Positions 40,629-50,227 of a stretch of DNA of 64,000 bases are shown piece by piece. How positions within the stretch are numbered: the stretch's first letter is position 1; each line of letters begins with the position of its first letter. A program made the translations under genes and the position numbers. Source of the DNA: Chloroflexota bacterium (GTDB lineage Bacteria > Chloroflexota > Anaerolineae > Anaerolineales > Villigracilaceae); the NCBI GenBank assembly GCA_037445635.1, contig JBBIKC010000001.1, positions 211,595 to 275,594 of the forward strand, in the 5' to 3' direction. The notes under the pieces are model-generated. The model saw nothing but the letters and a program-made list of their open reading frames with translations. It did not search any database and had not been told where the DNA came from.

Positions 40629-42830
40629 ATGACAACCAGGATCGTTGGAAAACCCCTCCCAAGGACGGACGCCCGCGAAAAAGTGACCGGGCAGGCCGAA
40701 TATCCCGGCGACCTTTCGATGAAGGGTCTCCTGCACATGAAGATGCTCTTCGCCGGGCGGCCGCACGCGCGCATCAAGCGCATCAAGACCGGTGCGGCGG
40801 AGGCCGCGCCGCGCGTGGCAGCCGTGTACACCTCGAAGGACGTGCCGGTCAACGAATATGGCTTGCAGAAACCCGACCAGCCCGTTCTGTGCGGACCCAC
40901 CCCCCCGTCGCGCGAGGGCGGCGTGGACCCGGCCATCGTCCGTTTCGAGGGCGATCAGGTGGCGGTCGTCGTCGCCGAGACCGAGGCGGCCGCGGCCGCG
41001 GCGGTCAAACTGATCGAGGTCGAATACGAGGACCTGCCCGCACTGACCGACCCGCGCAGAGGTATGGAAGCGGACGCGCCCATCGTGCATCCCGAACTGG
41101 GCAGCTCGAACGTGTGCGTTCATTACAAGATCCGCAAAGGGGATGTGGAGTCTGGATTCGCGAAAGCAGATGTCATTGTCGAATCCGAATATCAAACTCC
41201 ATACCAGGAACATGCCTTCCTCCAGCCGGAAGCCGGGCTGGCGTATATAGATGAGAACGGCCTGATCACCGTGGCCTCCGCCGGCCAATGGACTCACGCC
41301 GACCGCGCTTCGATTGCGCACGCGCTCGGTCTGCCGGACGAGATGGTGCGGATCGTGTACCCGGCCATCGGCGGCGCGTTCGGCGGCCGCGAGGATCTGT
41401 CGGTGCAGATCGTGCTGGCGCTGGCGGCGTGGAAACTGCAGCGCCCGGTGCGCATCATCTGGTCGCGGCACGAATCGATCATCGGCCACGGCAAACGGCA
41501 CCCGGTCTACATCAAGTCGAAATGGGGCGCCAGTAAAGACGGCAAGCTGGTCGCGGCCGAGAACACCCTCATCGGCGACGCCGGCGCGTACATGTATACA
41601 TCCAACAAGGTGCTCGGCAACTCGACGATTACCTCGAGCGGGCCGTATTTCATCCCCAATATCAAGACCGATGTGTACGGCGTGTACACCAACAATGTCC
41701 CGGCCGCGGCCTTCCGCGGCTTCGGCGCGCCGCAGGCCCTGTTCATGGCCGAATCGCAGATGAACAAACTGGCTGACAAACTCGGCATGGACCCGGTCGA
41801 ATTTCGGTTGAAGAATGCGCTCAAACAGGGCGACACGATGGCGGTGGGCACGCCCGCGCCCAACCCGGTCAGCATCACGGATGTGATTGAGGCGGCGCGG
41901 GATAAATCGGGCTGGACGAAGACGAAAAAGCAGAAGCCCGACAAGAAGAATCCGCATCTGGCGCGCGGACGCGGCTTTGCCGCGGGATTCAAGAATGTGG
42001 GATTCTCCTTCGGCTACGCCGAGAACTGCTGGGCGAAAGTGGAACTGCATGGAAACGGCCAGATCGAAAAGGCCATTGTCCATCACGCCGGCGCGGAGGT
42101 GGGACAGGGCACACACCAGGCCATGATGCAAATGGCGGCCGAGGCGATTGGCATTCCCATCGAAAAGGTGCAGCTGCTCACATCCGATTCGGCCACGATG
42201 GGCAACCCCGGCTCGGCCTCCGCCTCGCGCCTGACCTTCATGGCGGGCAACGCCATCCAGGGCGCGGCGGAGGCGGCGCTGGAAAAATGGAAGGCCGAGG
42301 AACGACCTGCGATTGCCGAATTCAAGTACCTGGCGCCCAGGACCACGCCGATGGACAAAGAGACCGGCGCATCCATGCCCAACTTCGCCTACGCCTACGC
42401 CGCCCAGGCCGTGGACGTGGAGGTGGATACCGAGACCGGACACGTGCGTCTGCTCCGCGTCGTCTCGGCGGACGATGTGGGCAAGGCCGTCAACCCCGCG
42501 CTGGTGGAGGGACAGATCGAGGGCGCGGTGGTGCAGGCGCAGGGATATGCCCTGCTCGAGGATTTGCAGGTCAGGGACGGTTTCATCCAGGCCAACGAGT
42601 TGAGCACGTATCTGATTCCCACCATCTGGGACATTCCCGAAAAAGTCGAATCGGTGATTCTCGAAGTGCCCGATCCGAACGGACCCTGGGGCGCGCGCGG
42701 CGTGGGCGAACTGCCTTTCCTGCCGCTGGCCCCGGCCATCGCGGCCGCCATCCACGACGCGACCGGCGTGTGGATCAACGAATTCCCGTTCACGCCGGAG
42801 CGTGTGCTTCGCACCATGGGCAAGATTTAA
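40629..42830 (+). CDS. molybdopterin-binding large subunit of a xanthine dehydrogenase/aldehyde oxidase-family hydroxylase
   Basis: MTTRIVGKPLPRTDAREKVTGQAEY start. Also GGAFGGRED, AFRGFGAPQ and GVGELP motifs. Confidence 0.9.
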   Translation: MTTRIVGKPLPRTDAREKVTGQAEYPGDLSMKGLLHMKMLFAGRPHARIKRIKTGAAEAAPRVAAVYTSKDVPVNEYGLQKPDQPVLCGPTPPSREGGVDPAIVRFEGDQVAVVVAETEAAAAAAVKLIEVEYEDLPALTDPRRGMEADAPIVHPELGSSNVCVHYKIRKGDVESGFAKADVIVESEYQTPYQEHAFLQPEAGLAYIDENGLITVASAGQWTHADRASIAHALGLPDEMVRIVYPAIGGAFGGREDLSVQIVLALAAWKLQRPVRIIWSRHESIIGHGKRHPVYIKSKWGASKDGKLVAAENTLIGDAGAYMYTSNKVLGNSTITSSGPYFIPNIKTDVYGVYTNNVPAAAFRGFGAPQALFMAESQMNKLADKLGMDPVEFRLKNALKQGDTMAVGTPAPNPVSITDVIEAARDKSGWTKTKKQKPDKKNPHLARGRGFAAGFKNVGFSFGYAENCWAKVELHGNGQIEKAIVHHAGAEVGQGTHQAMMQMAAEAIGIPIEKVQLLTSDSATMGNPGSASASRLTFMAGNAIQGAAEAALEKWKAEERPAIAEFKYLAPRTTPMDKETGASMPNFAYAYAAQAVDVEVDTETGHVRLLRVVSADDVGKAVNPALVEGQIEGAVVQAQGYALLEDLQVRDGFIQANELSTYLIPTIWDIPEKVESVILEVPDPNGPWGARGVGELPFLPLAPAIAAAIHDATGVWINEFPFTPERVLRTMGKI

Positions 42831-42896
42831 CCACAAAGCCCGCAGAGAACACAGAGAAAGACTCGGCGATCTTTGTGTTCTCTGCGGTAATTCTCT

Positions 42897-43778
42897 ATGT
42901 CTTTCCCCTATCTCGGTGAAACCAAAGAACTGAATGAGGTCACCCGCAAGGAGGCGGGGGCGGGAAATTTTGCGTCCCTGCCCGACGGCATGACACATTA
43001 TGAGCTGGGCGGTCCTTTCACAGCGGCGAGGTCTGTTGTGCTCGTGCACGGATTCTCAGTCCCATATTTCATCTGGGACCCCACCTTCGACTTCCTGTTA
43101 AAATCAGGCTTCCGCGTCCTGCGCTACGACCTGTTCGGGCGCGGCTTTTCGGACCGGCCGCGCGCCCGCTACAATCTTGACCTGTTTTGCAAGCAACTGA
43201 TAGACCTGCTGGATACACTTGGCCTCACACGACCCGTTACGTTGTTCGGCCTCTCGATGGGCGGCCCCATCGCCGCCGCATTCACAGAGCGGCATCCCGA
43301 ACGCGTGGAGCGCCTCGTCCTGATAGACCCCGCAGGCGTGCATCCCATCGGGCTCTCGCCCCTCCTGAAACTGGCGCTGGTGCCCGGGCTGGGCGAACTG
43401 GCCCTCGGTCTGTTCGGCGGCGGGAGCATGGTCAAAGGCATTGCGTCCGATTTTTTTGGTCCCGATCTCGTGGCGCAGTTCCAGGCAAAATACAGGATGC
43501 AGATGCAATATAACGGGTTCATACGGGCCATCCTTTCCACCATGCGGAACGGGATGCTCGGCTCGTTCCTCGACGTGTACCGGCGTCTCGGCAAACTGGG
43601 CAAGCCGACCCTGCTCCTGTGGGGCCGCGAAGACAAGACTGTTCCCTTCGCGCACAGCGCCGACCTGCTGTCCGCCATTCCGCACGCGCGGCTGCACGTC
43701 TTCGAGAACTGCGGCCACATCCCGCATTACGAGAAGCCCGAGGAAGTGAACCCGATTCTGTTGAAATTTCTAGCCTGA
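42897..43778 (+). CDS. alpha/beta-fold hydrolase
   Basis: Contains VLVHGF, nucleophile elbow GLSMGG and a C-terminal GHIPHYE. Confidence 0.83.
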   Translation: MSFPYLGETKELNEVTRKEAGAGNFASLPDGMTHYELGGPFTAARSVVLVHGFSVPYFIWDPTFDFLLKSGFRVLRYDLFGRGFSDRPRARYNLDLFCKQLIDLLDTLGLTRPVTLFGLSMGGPIAAAFTERHPERVERLVLIDPAGVHPIGLSPLLKLALVPGLGELALGLFGGGSMVKGIASDFFGPDLVAQFQAKYRMQMQYNGFIRAILSTMRNGMLGSFLDVYRRLGKLGKPTLLLWGREDKTVPFAHSADLLSAIPHARLHVFENCGHIPHYEKPEEVNPILLKFLA

Positions 43779-43959
43779 GTAGAACGATCCTGCAACCTCA
43801 TTGCTCAGGCCGCCGGGGACGGCGCTGGAAGCAGGCGGCCGAATGGGTCGGCCAGATCCACGCAAATTCCAACGCGATAGCGCAGAGTTGCAAACGAAAA
43901 ACATAGATCTAGCGTCTTGGCGACTTTGCGTTAGAAGATCCAGTGTGCACAGATTACAC

Positions 43960-44688
43960 ATGTCAAACCTTAACCAATTTATGATTCAATCCAAACTCAC
44001 CTTCTTCACACGCAACCGTTACAAGATCGCCATATTCGCCCTGATGGCCGCGGCCTCCGCGGTCTGCGTACTCCTCGTCGTGGCGCGGCGGGAATACAGC
44101 AACACGGGACGATACACATCGCTCGTGTGGAATCTTTTCCTCGCATGGATTCCCTTCCTGCTGGCCTATTTTGCCTACGCGCTCTCGTGGCGGAAACTAC
44201 TGTTGTATCTCGTCCTGCCGGTCACGGCCTTCCTGTGGCTGATCTTCTTTCCCAACGCGCCGTACATCCTCACCGATTTGCAGCACCTGGCGCGCGAAGA
44301 GACCGCTGCGCCGCTGTGGTACGACGTGATCCTCATGGTTTGGTTCGCGTGGACAGGCCTGCTGCTCGGACTGGTCTCGCTGTATTTAATGCACGAGATC
44401 GTCCAGCGAAATTTCGGACGCGTGATCGGCTGGGGCTTCGTCTTCCTCGTCTCGGGACTGAGCAGTTTCGGGGTCTATCTGGGGCGCTTCGTCCGCCTCA
44501 ACTCATGGGACATCCTGCAGGACCCGGGCGAGATCGCCATCAGCATCCTCGGCCTGGTCATTGACCCGTCCCTGCGGCTGGTGGCGTTCACGTCGCTGTT
44601 CACGGTCTTTTATCTGTTTGTTTACCTCACCTTGTATTCCTTCGCACATATGCTACAGGAGCAGAAGGAGACGCAAAGTGTACAGTAG
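43960..44688 (+). CDS. DUF1361-like integral membrane protein (paralog 1)
   Basis: Contains WNLFLAWIPFLLAY, FFPNAPYILTDLQHL and RFVRLNSWDIL. Start at ATG 43960. Confidence 0.68.
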   Translation: MSNLNQFMIQSKLTFFTRNRYKIAIFALMAAASAVCVLLVVARREYSNTGRYTSLVWNLFLAWIPFLLAYFAYALSWRKLLLYLVLPVTAFLWLIFFPNAPYILTDLQHLAREETAAPLWYDVILMVWFAWTGLLLGLVSLYLMHEIVQRNFGRVIGWGFVFLVSGLSSFGVYLGRFVRLNSWDILQDPGEIAISILGLVIDPSLRLVAFTSLFTVFYLFVYLTLYSFAHMLQEQKETQSVQ

Positions 44689-45391
44689 GCTGCTGGCGCG
44701 TTTTGCGCACAACAAGTACCGCCTGACCATCTTCGGCCTGCTGGCGGGCGCATCGGTTTTATCGGTCGCGATTTTGCGCGTGCGCTTCGCGTTCGCGGGT
44801 ACGATCTCCTACGCCTTTCTGATCTGGAACCTGTTCCTCGCATGGATTCCATTTCTCATCGCCTACTTCACCTACACACTGACGATCAAACGCCCGTGGC
44901 TGTACGTCGTGATTCCAACAGCGGCCTTCCTCTGGCTCATCTTCTTTCCCAACACGCTCTACATCCTGACCGACTTCCAGCATCTCAACTCCATGCCCAA
45001 CGATGTGCCCGTGTGGTACGACGTACTTCTGCTCATCTGGTTCGCGTGGACGGGATTGCTGCTGGGCGTCGTCTCGCTGTTCCTCATGCAGGAGATCGTG
45101 CGCCGCGAGTTTGGGCGCTGGTTCGGCTGGGGCTTCGTGACGCTGGTGGCCGCGTTGACGAGCGCGGGCATCTACATGGGACGCTTCCTGCGCTGGAACT
45201 CGTGGGACATCCTCCAGCGCCCCGCGGACATCGCCCTCTTCACGTGGAGGCGCGTCCAGGATCCCAGCACAACCTCGATTGCCTTCATCAGCCTGTTCAC
45301 GCTGTTCTTTCTTTTTCTCTATATCACCTTGTACGCCTTCGCGCACTTATTGCTGGAGCGCGGGGCGAATCAGAAGCCAGAGGGGTCGTGA
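44678..45391 (+). CDS. DUF1361-like integral membrane protein (paralog 2)
   Basis: Carries the same motifs (WNLFLAWIPFLIAY, FFPNTLYILTDFQHL, RFLRWNSWDIL). GTG 44678 follows AAGGAG and overlaps the end of paralog 1. Confidence 0.68.
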   Translation: MYSRLLARFAHNKYRLTIFGLLAGASVLSVAILRVRFAFAGTISYAFLIWNLFLAWIPFLIAYFTYTLTIKRPWLYVVIPTAAFLWLIFFPNTLYILTDFQHLNSMPNDVPVWYDVLLLIWFAWTGLLLGVVSLFLMQEIVRREFGRWFGWGFVTLVAALTSAGIYMGRFLRWNSWDILQRPADIALFTWRRVQDPSTTSIAFISLFTLFFLFLYITLYAFAHLLLERGANQKPEGS

Positions 45392-46206
45392 ACGAAGAGC
45401 GCGACTTCAACATGATCCTCCTGCGCGGCGGCGGCGACCTGGCCTCCGGTGTGGCCCTGCGCCTGCACCGCGTCGGGCTGCCGGTGGTCATCATCGAATT
45501 GCCCCAGCCGCTGGCGGTGCGCCGCACGGTGTCGTTCGCGGAGGCGGTCTACGCGGGCGCGTGCACGGTGGAGGGCGTGACCGCCCGCCTCGTTTCACCG
45601 GACCAGTTACAGGTCGCGCTCGAAGCGGGGAACATCCCCGTCCTCGTTGACCCGTCCGCGAGTGTGCTCGCCAACGCGTTCGTCACCAGTCCGCGCAAAA
45701 CGGTCGTGGTGGACGCGCGCCTGACGAAACAGCCGCCCGAGCCATTGCCCGTCCGTCCGCTTCTGCACATCGGACTTGGACCTGGGTTCGCGGCGGGGGA
45801 GAATTGCGACGCCGTGATTGAGACGCGCCGCAGCCACACGCTTGGACGCGTCTTCTGGAGCGGCGCGCCCCAGTCCGACAGCGGACAGCCCGAAGGCGAC
45901 CCGCGCCGAGTCCTGCGCGCGCCGGAGGAGGGAATCGTGACCGGCAGGGCGCAGATTGGGGATGTGGTGGAGGAGGGTGAGACAGTGGCAGTGATCAGTG
46001 ATCAGTATTCGGTAATCAGTCCGTTCCGCGGCGTCGTGCGCGGATTGATCCACGACGGCCTGCATGTGCCGAAGGGAATGAAGATCGGCGACGTGGATCC
46101 GCGCGGCGACCCGAGCGCGTGTTATCTCGTGTCCGATAAGGCGCTGGCGGTGGGAGGCGGCGTGCTGGAAGCGATTTTGAGTTTTGGAACTATGGTTAAT
46201 GGATGA
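45388..46206 (+). CDS. YqeB-family molybdenum hydroxylase accessory protein (the family linked to selenium-dependent Mo hydroxylases)
   Basis: ILLRGGGDLASGVALRLHRVGLPVVIIELPQPLAVRRTVSFAEAVYAG matches my memory of the short YqeB/EF2563-type family. GTG 45388 overlaps the upstream stop (GTGA). ATG 45412 is the alternative start. Confidence 0.7.
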   Translation: MNEERDFNMILLRGGGDLASGVALRLHRVGLPVVIIELPQPLAVRRTVSFAEAVYAGACTVEGVTARLVSPDQLQVALEAGNIPVLVDPSASVLANAFVTSPRKTVVVDARLTKQPPEPLPVRPLLHIGLGPGFAAGENCDAVIETRRSHTLGRVFWSGAPQSDSGQPEGDPRRVLRAPEEGIVTGRAQIGDVVEEGETVAVISDQYSVISPFRGVVRGLIHDGLHVPKGMKIGDVDPRGDPSACYLVSDKALAVGGGVLEAILSFGTMVNG

Positions 46207-46230
46207 TGGTTAATGGATGATGGTTAATGG
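46192..46230. repeat. 14-bp tandem repeat (ATGGTTAATGGATG x2.8) spanning the yqeB-like stop codon
   Basis: Read directly: units at 46192-46205 and 46206-46219, plus a partial unit at 46220-46230. Confidence 0.9.
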
Positions 46231-46237
46231 CGGGTCG

Positions 46238-46585
46238 TCAGGGTTGTTTTCGCCCCAGCCAGGCCGCGACCAACAGGATGCAACCTGAAAAGAAGAGCGG
46301 AGCGACGAAGAGCAGATAGGGTGCTTCCCAGGTATCAGGCCGCCGCAATGTGGGCGAGAAGATCAGCGCCGCGAGCAATGACCCTGTCAGCAAGATCAGC
46401 CCGCCCCACAGCGGACGCTTCCAGCCCAGCCAGGTGAGCAGGCCGATGAGCGCCACCGGGATGAGGTGGCCGAAGCCGCTCCAGTCGCCGGCCGAGGCCT
46501 CGCCCGCCGCAAAGACCAGCAGGATCGCCGCCGCCAGTCCCAGCGGGATGAGCGCGGCGATTTTCAGTCCCTTGATGAGGTTCAT
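46238..46585 (-). CDS. small polytopic membrane protein, hypothetical
   Basis: About 115 aa from MNLIKGLKIAALIPLGL, with 4 hydrophobic helices. The longer ORF start would run into a palindromic repeat. Confidence 0.42.
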   Translation of the reverse strand: MNLIKGLKIAALIPLGLAAAILLVFAAGEASAGDWSGFGHLIPVALIGLLTWLGWKRPLWGGLILLTGSLLAALIFSPTLRRPDTWEAPYLLFVAPLFFSGCILLVAAWLGRKQP

Positions 46586-46602
46586 GGTAGGGCTATTATA
46601 GC

Positions 46603-46695
46603 CCCTCCCCAAATACGACAGGCAAGTTTAGGCGCCAATCAAAATGTAAATGTCGTATTTGGGGAGGGTGTCCGAAGGACGGGTGGGGCGGGGTC
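46603..46695. repeat. long inverted repeat plus G-rich tail at the left edge of the R-M block
   Basis: 18-bp perfect arms CCCTCCCCAAATACGACA / TGTCGTATTTGGGGAGGG separated by 30 nt. The tail GGGTGTCCGAAGGACGGGTGGGGCGGGGT closely matches 54612-54640. Confidence 0.8.
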
Positions 46696-46796
46696 TGCAA
46701 CGAAAAGGTATTGCACGGAGAGGGGGTTTTCGGGTATGCTTGGAAAATCAGTTGGAAGGTTGAAGGTTCAAGGTTGGAAAGTTGGGAACAAGGAAC

Positions 46797-48410
46797 ATGC
46801 CTCCAAAGAAAACGGCAAAAGCCAAAACAAAGAACGGAAACAACGGCGCGGCGCTTGGCATCGAAGCGGAGTTGTGGCAGGCGGCGGATAAACTGCGCGG
46901 GCATCTCGACGCGGCGGATTACAAGTCCGTGGTGTTGGGGTTGATTTTCCTGAAGTATGTCTCCGATATGTTCGAGCAGGTGCGGGCGCGGGTGGAGGCG
47001 GAAGGGCTGGACGATCCGGAGGATAGAGATGTCTATTTGGCGGAACGCGTCTTCTGGGTCCCGAAAGAGGCGAGATGGAAAATCCTGCAGGATAACGCCA
47101 AGCAGGAGTCCATCGGCAATTTGATTGACCAGGCGATGGAAGCCATCGAGCGGGATAATCCCTCGCTGCGGGGGATGCTGCCGAATAATTACGGGCGCGC
47201 CGCGCTGGATAAGCGTCGGCTCGGGGATTTGGTGGACCTCGTCAGCAACAAGATCAACTTCGCAGACGAGGAGAGCCGCAAGCAGGATACGCTCGGACGG
47301 GTGTACGAATATTTCCTGTCGCAGTTTGCCAGCCAGGAGGGACGCAAGGGCGGGGAGTTCTATACGCCGCGCTCGGTCGTGCGCGTGCTGGTGGAGATGC
47401 TCGCGCCGTATAAGGGACGCGTCTTCGATCCGTGCTGTGGAAGCGGCGGGATGTTCGTGCAGAGCGAGAAGTTCGTGGAGGCGCACGGCGGGAAGATCGG
47501 CGATATTTCGATTTACGGACAGGAATCCAATCCCAACACGTTCAAACTGGCGAAGATGAATCTTGCCATCCGCGGCATCGAAGGGGACCTGGGCAAACAG
47601 CCCGCGGACTCGTTCCACAACGACCAGCATCCCGACCTGAAGGCGGATTACATCCTTGCCAACCCGCCGTTCAACATGAGCGATTGGGGCGGCGAGAGTT
47701 TGCGCGAGGACAAACGCTGGAAATACGGCGTTCCGCCTGTGAGCAACGCCAACTTTGCGTGGGTGCAGCATTTCATCCATCATCTTTCGCCGAACGGCAC
47801 GGCGGGATTCGTGCTGGCGAACGGGAGCATGTCGAGCAATACGTCGGGCGAGGGCGAGATTCGCAAAGCCATCATCGAAGACGATTTGGTGGATTGCATG
47901 GTCGCCCTGCCGGGGCAGTTGTTTTACAGCACGCAGATTCCGGTGTGTTTGTGGTTCCTTTCGCGGAAGAAAACCCTCACCCCTAACCCCTCTCCCACAG
48001 GGAGAGGGGGACGTGACCGACGCGGGCAGACGTTGTTCATTGACGCGCGCAAATTGGGAACGTTGACCGACCGCGTCCATCGGGATTTGACGGATGAAGA
48101 CATCGCCAAGATCGCGGGGACGTATCATGCGTGGAAAGGCGACCTCACCCCCAACCCCTCTCCTAAAAGGAGAGGGGAGTACGCAGACATTCCTGGCTTT
48201 TGCAAATCCGTCACCATCGAGGAAATCCGCGCGCAGGGATATGTGCTGACCCCAGGACGCTACGTGGGCGCGGCGGAAGTGGAAGAGGACGACGAGCCTT
48301 TCGCCGAAAAGATGGCGCGCCTGACGAAGGAGTTGGAAGCGCAGTTTGAAGAGAGTAAAAAGCTTGAAAATCTCATCAGGAAAAATCTTGGTCGGATTGA
48401 AACAAAATGA
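46797..48410 (+). CDS. hsdM: Type I restriction-modification system methyltransferase subunit
   Basis: HsdM N-terminal domain ([32 protein letters not shown]). AdoMet motif [12 protein letters not shown]. Catalytic NPPFN. Confidence 0.93.
   Translation: MPPKKTAKAKTKNGNNGAALGIEAELWQAADKLRGHLDAADYKSVVLGLIFLKYVSDMFEQVRARVEAEGLDDPEDRDVYLAERVFWVPKEARWKILQDNAKQESIGNLIDQAMEAIERDNPSLRGMLPNNYGRAALDKRRLGDLVDLVSNKINFADEESRKQDTLGRVYEYFLSQFASQEGRKGGEFYTPRSVVRVLVEMLAPYKGRVFDPCCGSGGMFVQSEKFVEAHGGKIGDISIYGQESNPNTFKLAKMNLAIRGIEGDLGKQPADSFHNDQHPDLKADYILANPPFNMSDWGGESLREDKRWKYGVPPVSNANFAWVQHFIHHLSPNGTAGFVLANGSMSSNTSGEGEIRKAIIEDDLVDCMVALPGQLFYSTQIPVCLWFLSRKKTLTPNPSPTGRGGRDRRGQTLFIDARKLGTLTDRVHRDLTDEDIAKIAGTYHAWKGDLTPNPSPKRRGEYADIPGFCKSVTIEEIRAQGYVLTPGRYVGAAEVEEDDEPFAEKMARLTKELEAQFEESKKLENLIRKNLGRIETK
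47975..48016 (+). repeat. nested palindromic element, in-frame in hsdM (copy M1)
   Basis: CTCACCCCTAA-CCCCTCTCCC-ACA-GGGAGAGGGG-GACGTGAC, translated as [15 protein letters not shown]. Confidence 0.85.
48141..48180 (+). repeat. nested palindromic element, in-frame in hsdM (copy M2)
   Basis: GACCTCACCCCCAA-CCCCTCTCC-TAAAA-GGAGAGGGG, translated as [13 protein letters not shown]. Confidence 0.85.
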
Positions 48411-49618
48411 AAGATTCAGTTTATGGGTTAGTGAATGACAATTTAGACGTTGATACTCTGGAAAACCTTTGTGTTCCTGGAGGAATTCAAACGGGTCCTT
48501 TTGGAAGCCAATTACACCAAAAGGATTATTTACCTGTGGGTACACCCATAATCACGGTCGAGCATCTTGGTGAAAATCGTATCTTGCACCAAGATTTACC
48601 ACGTGTTTCAAACACAGACAAAGAAAGACTCTCACGATATATAATGCAAAAAGGGGATATTATTTTCAGCCGTGTAGGTTCTGTTGATCGGCGGGCTTTG
48701 GTTCGACATGAAGAAGATGGATGGCTATTCTCTGGTCGTTGTCTAAGAGTGAGACCCGACCAAACAAAAATAGATTCTGATTACTTATCTTGGTTTTTTG
48801 GGCTTGAAATATTCAGGGATTACATTCGTCGTATTGCAGTCGGTGCGACAATGCCATCTCTCAATACAGAATTACTGAGCAATGTGCCTGTGTTTTTTCC
48901 GCCCCTCCCCGAACAACGCGCCATTGCAGGGATACTCGGCGCGCTGGACGACAAGATCGAACTCAACCGCCGCATGAACCGCACGCTCGAGTCCATGGCG
49001 CGGGCGGTGTTTCGTCAGTGGTTTGTGGAGAATGAGGAGGTTGGGGAGTGGGAGGTTGGTAAATTGGGAGATGTTGCAGAAAACATGAGGCGAAGCGCTA
49101 ATGCGGATGAAATTGAACCCGAAACACATTACATCGGTTTGGAACACATGCCACGCGGAAGTATTGCGCTTTCTGAATGGGGAAATGCGAGTGAATTGGC
49201 AAGTAATAAATTCATTTTCAAAGAGGGCGAATTTCTCTTTGGAAAGTTGAGACCTTACTTTCACAAAGTCGGGATTGCACCAGTTGATGGCGTGTGTTCA
49301 ACTGACATTTTGGTGATTGTGCCAAAGAAGCCAGAATGGTATGGCTATGTTCTTGGTCACATTTCAAGTGTGGAATTAATCAACTATACCAATGCCGCTT
49401 CTACTGGAACGAAAATGCCAAGAACGAACTGGTCAGATATTGCAAATTATGATGTGGCAATTCCACCTGTGGAGAAGGCTAAAGATTACAACGAGATATT
49501 TCTACCAATGGCACAACTTATTCGAGCAAACATTCTAGAATCGCACACGCTGGCGAGTCTGCGGGATAGTCTGCTGCCGAAGTTGATGCGCGGCGAGGTG
49601 AGGGTGAATGGGTTGTAG
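48407..49618 (+). CDS. hsdS: Type I R-M specificity subunit
   Basis: Two AT-richer target-recognition domains are separated by the conserved [29 protein letters not shown] region, with a C-terminal [20 protein letters not shown] overlap with hsdM. Ends in three consecutive TAG codons. Confidence 0.9.
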   Translation: MKDSVYGLVNDNLDVDTLENLCVPGGIQTGPFGSQLHQKDYLPVGTPIITVEHLGENRILHQDLPRVSNTDKERLSRYIMQKGDIIFSRVGSVDRRALVRHEEDGWLFSGRCLRVRPDQTKIDSDYLSWFFGLEIFRDYIRRIAVGATMPSLNTELLSNVPVFFPPLPEQRAIAGILGALDDKIELNRRMNRTLESMARAVFRQWFVENEEVGEWEVGKLGDVAENMRRSANADEIEPETHYIGLEHMPRGSIALSEWGNASELASNKFIFKEGEFLFGKLRPYFHKVGIAPVDGVCSTDILVIVPKKPEWYGYVLGHISSVELINYTNAASTGTKMPRTNWSDIANYDVAIPPVEKAKDYNEIFLPMAQLIRANILESHTLASLRDSLLPKLMRGEVRVNGL

Positions 49619-49620
49619 TA

Positions 49621-49667
49621 GTAGGGACACGACAGTGTCGTGTCCCTACGCAATGTCGTGCCCCTAC
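49621..49667 (+). repeat. REP-like hairpin plus half-site immediately upstream of the RAYT gene
   Basis: Perfect 13-bp stem GTAGGGACACGAC-AGT-GTCGTGTCCCTAC (49621-49649), then half-site GTCGTGCCCCTAC (49655-49667). Confidence 0.85.
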
Positions 49668-49693
49668 GCGCCGTGCACACACCCAAACGAGGA

Positions 49694-50227
49694 ATGATGA
49701 AATTCGACCCGCAAAAACACCACCGCCGTTCCATCCGATTGAAGGGATACGATTACACCCAGGCAGGCGCGTATTTCATCACGATTGTCACCTATCAACG
49801 TGAGCCCCTGTTTGGTGAAATCGTGAACGGCGGGATGCAATTATCACCGATGGGTCAGATCGCCGAGGAACATTGGCGCGCCATACCCGAACATTTCCCA
49901 AATGTGGAATTGGGCGCGTATGTGGTCATGCCGAATCATGTGCATGGGATAATCATAATCAATGATGGTAGGGGCACGATATATCGTGCCCCTACGGAAC
50001 AATTTCAAAAACCTGTAACAGGGTCAATACCAACCATCATTCGCACGTACAAGGCATCCGTCACCCGCCGCATCCAAAAAGAATTGAACGAAACCGCCGT
50101 CTGGCAGCGCAACTATTACGAACACATCATCCGTAACGACGAAGAACACAACCGCATCCATTTGTACATCGAATCAAACATTGACAATTGGGTCAACGAC
50201 GAAGAAAATCCTGTAAGTGTGAAATGA
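49694..50227 (+). CDS. HUH/Y1 transposase-like protein (IS200-like, REP-associated tyrosine transposase type)
   Basis: Contains [12 protein letters not shown], the HUH motif in [12 protein letters not shown] and the catalytic Tyr context [11 protein letters not shown]. About 177 aa. Start at ATG 49694 after GAGGA. Its stop overlaps the hsdR ATG. Confidence 0.82.
   Translation: MMKFDPQKHHRRSIRLKGYDYTQAGAYFITIVTYQREPLFGEIVNGGMQLSPMGQIAEEHWRAIPEHFPNVELGAYVVMPNHVHGIIIINDGRGTIYRAPTEQFQKPVTGSIPTIIRTYKASVTRRIQKELNETAVWQRNYYEHIIRNDEEHNRIHLYIESNIDNWVNDEENPVSVK
49968..49995. repeat. REP-like perfect palindrome inside the RAYT coding sequence
   Basis: GTAGGGGCACGATATATCGTGCCCCTAC (28 bp, fully self-complementary), translated in-frame as [10 protein letters not shown]. 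Confidence 0.9.

Noticed and set aside
40596-43049. 817-aa minus-strand ORF
   Set aside because: It is exactly antisense to the well-supported Mo-subunit gene. It is Arg/Gly/His-rich and low-complexity, as is typical of antisense frames in high-GC DNA, and has no recognisable motifs.
43779-43959. 180-nt intergenic region before the DUF1361 genes, as a possible riboswitch
   Set aside because: I could not fold or recognise any known riboswitch consensus, and no conserved hairpin-plus-terminator arrangement is present.
46596-48545. 649-aa minus-strand ORF
   Set aside because: It is antisense to hsdM, which has clear NPPF and AdoMet motifs. It translates the palindromic repeats as [13 protein letters not shown]. 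It has no family features.
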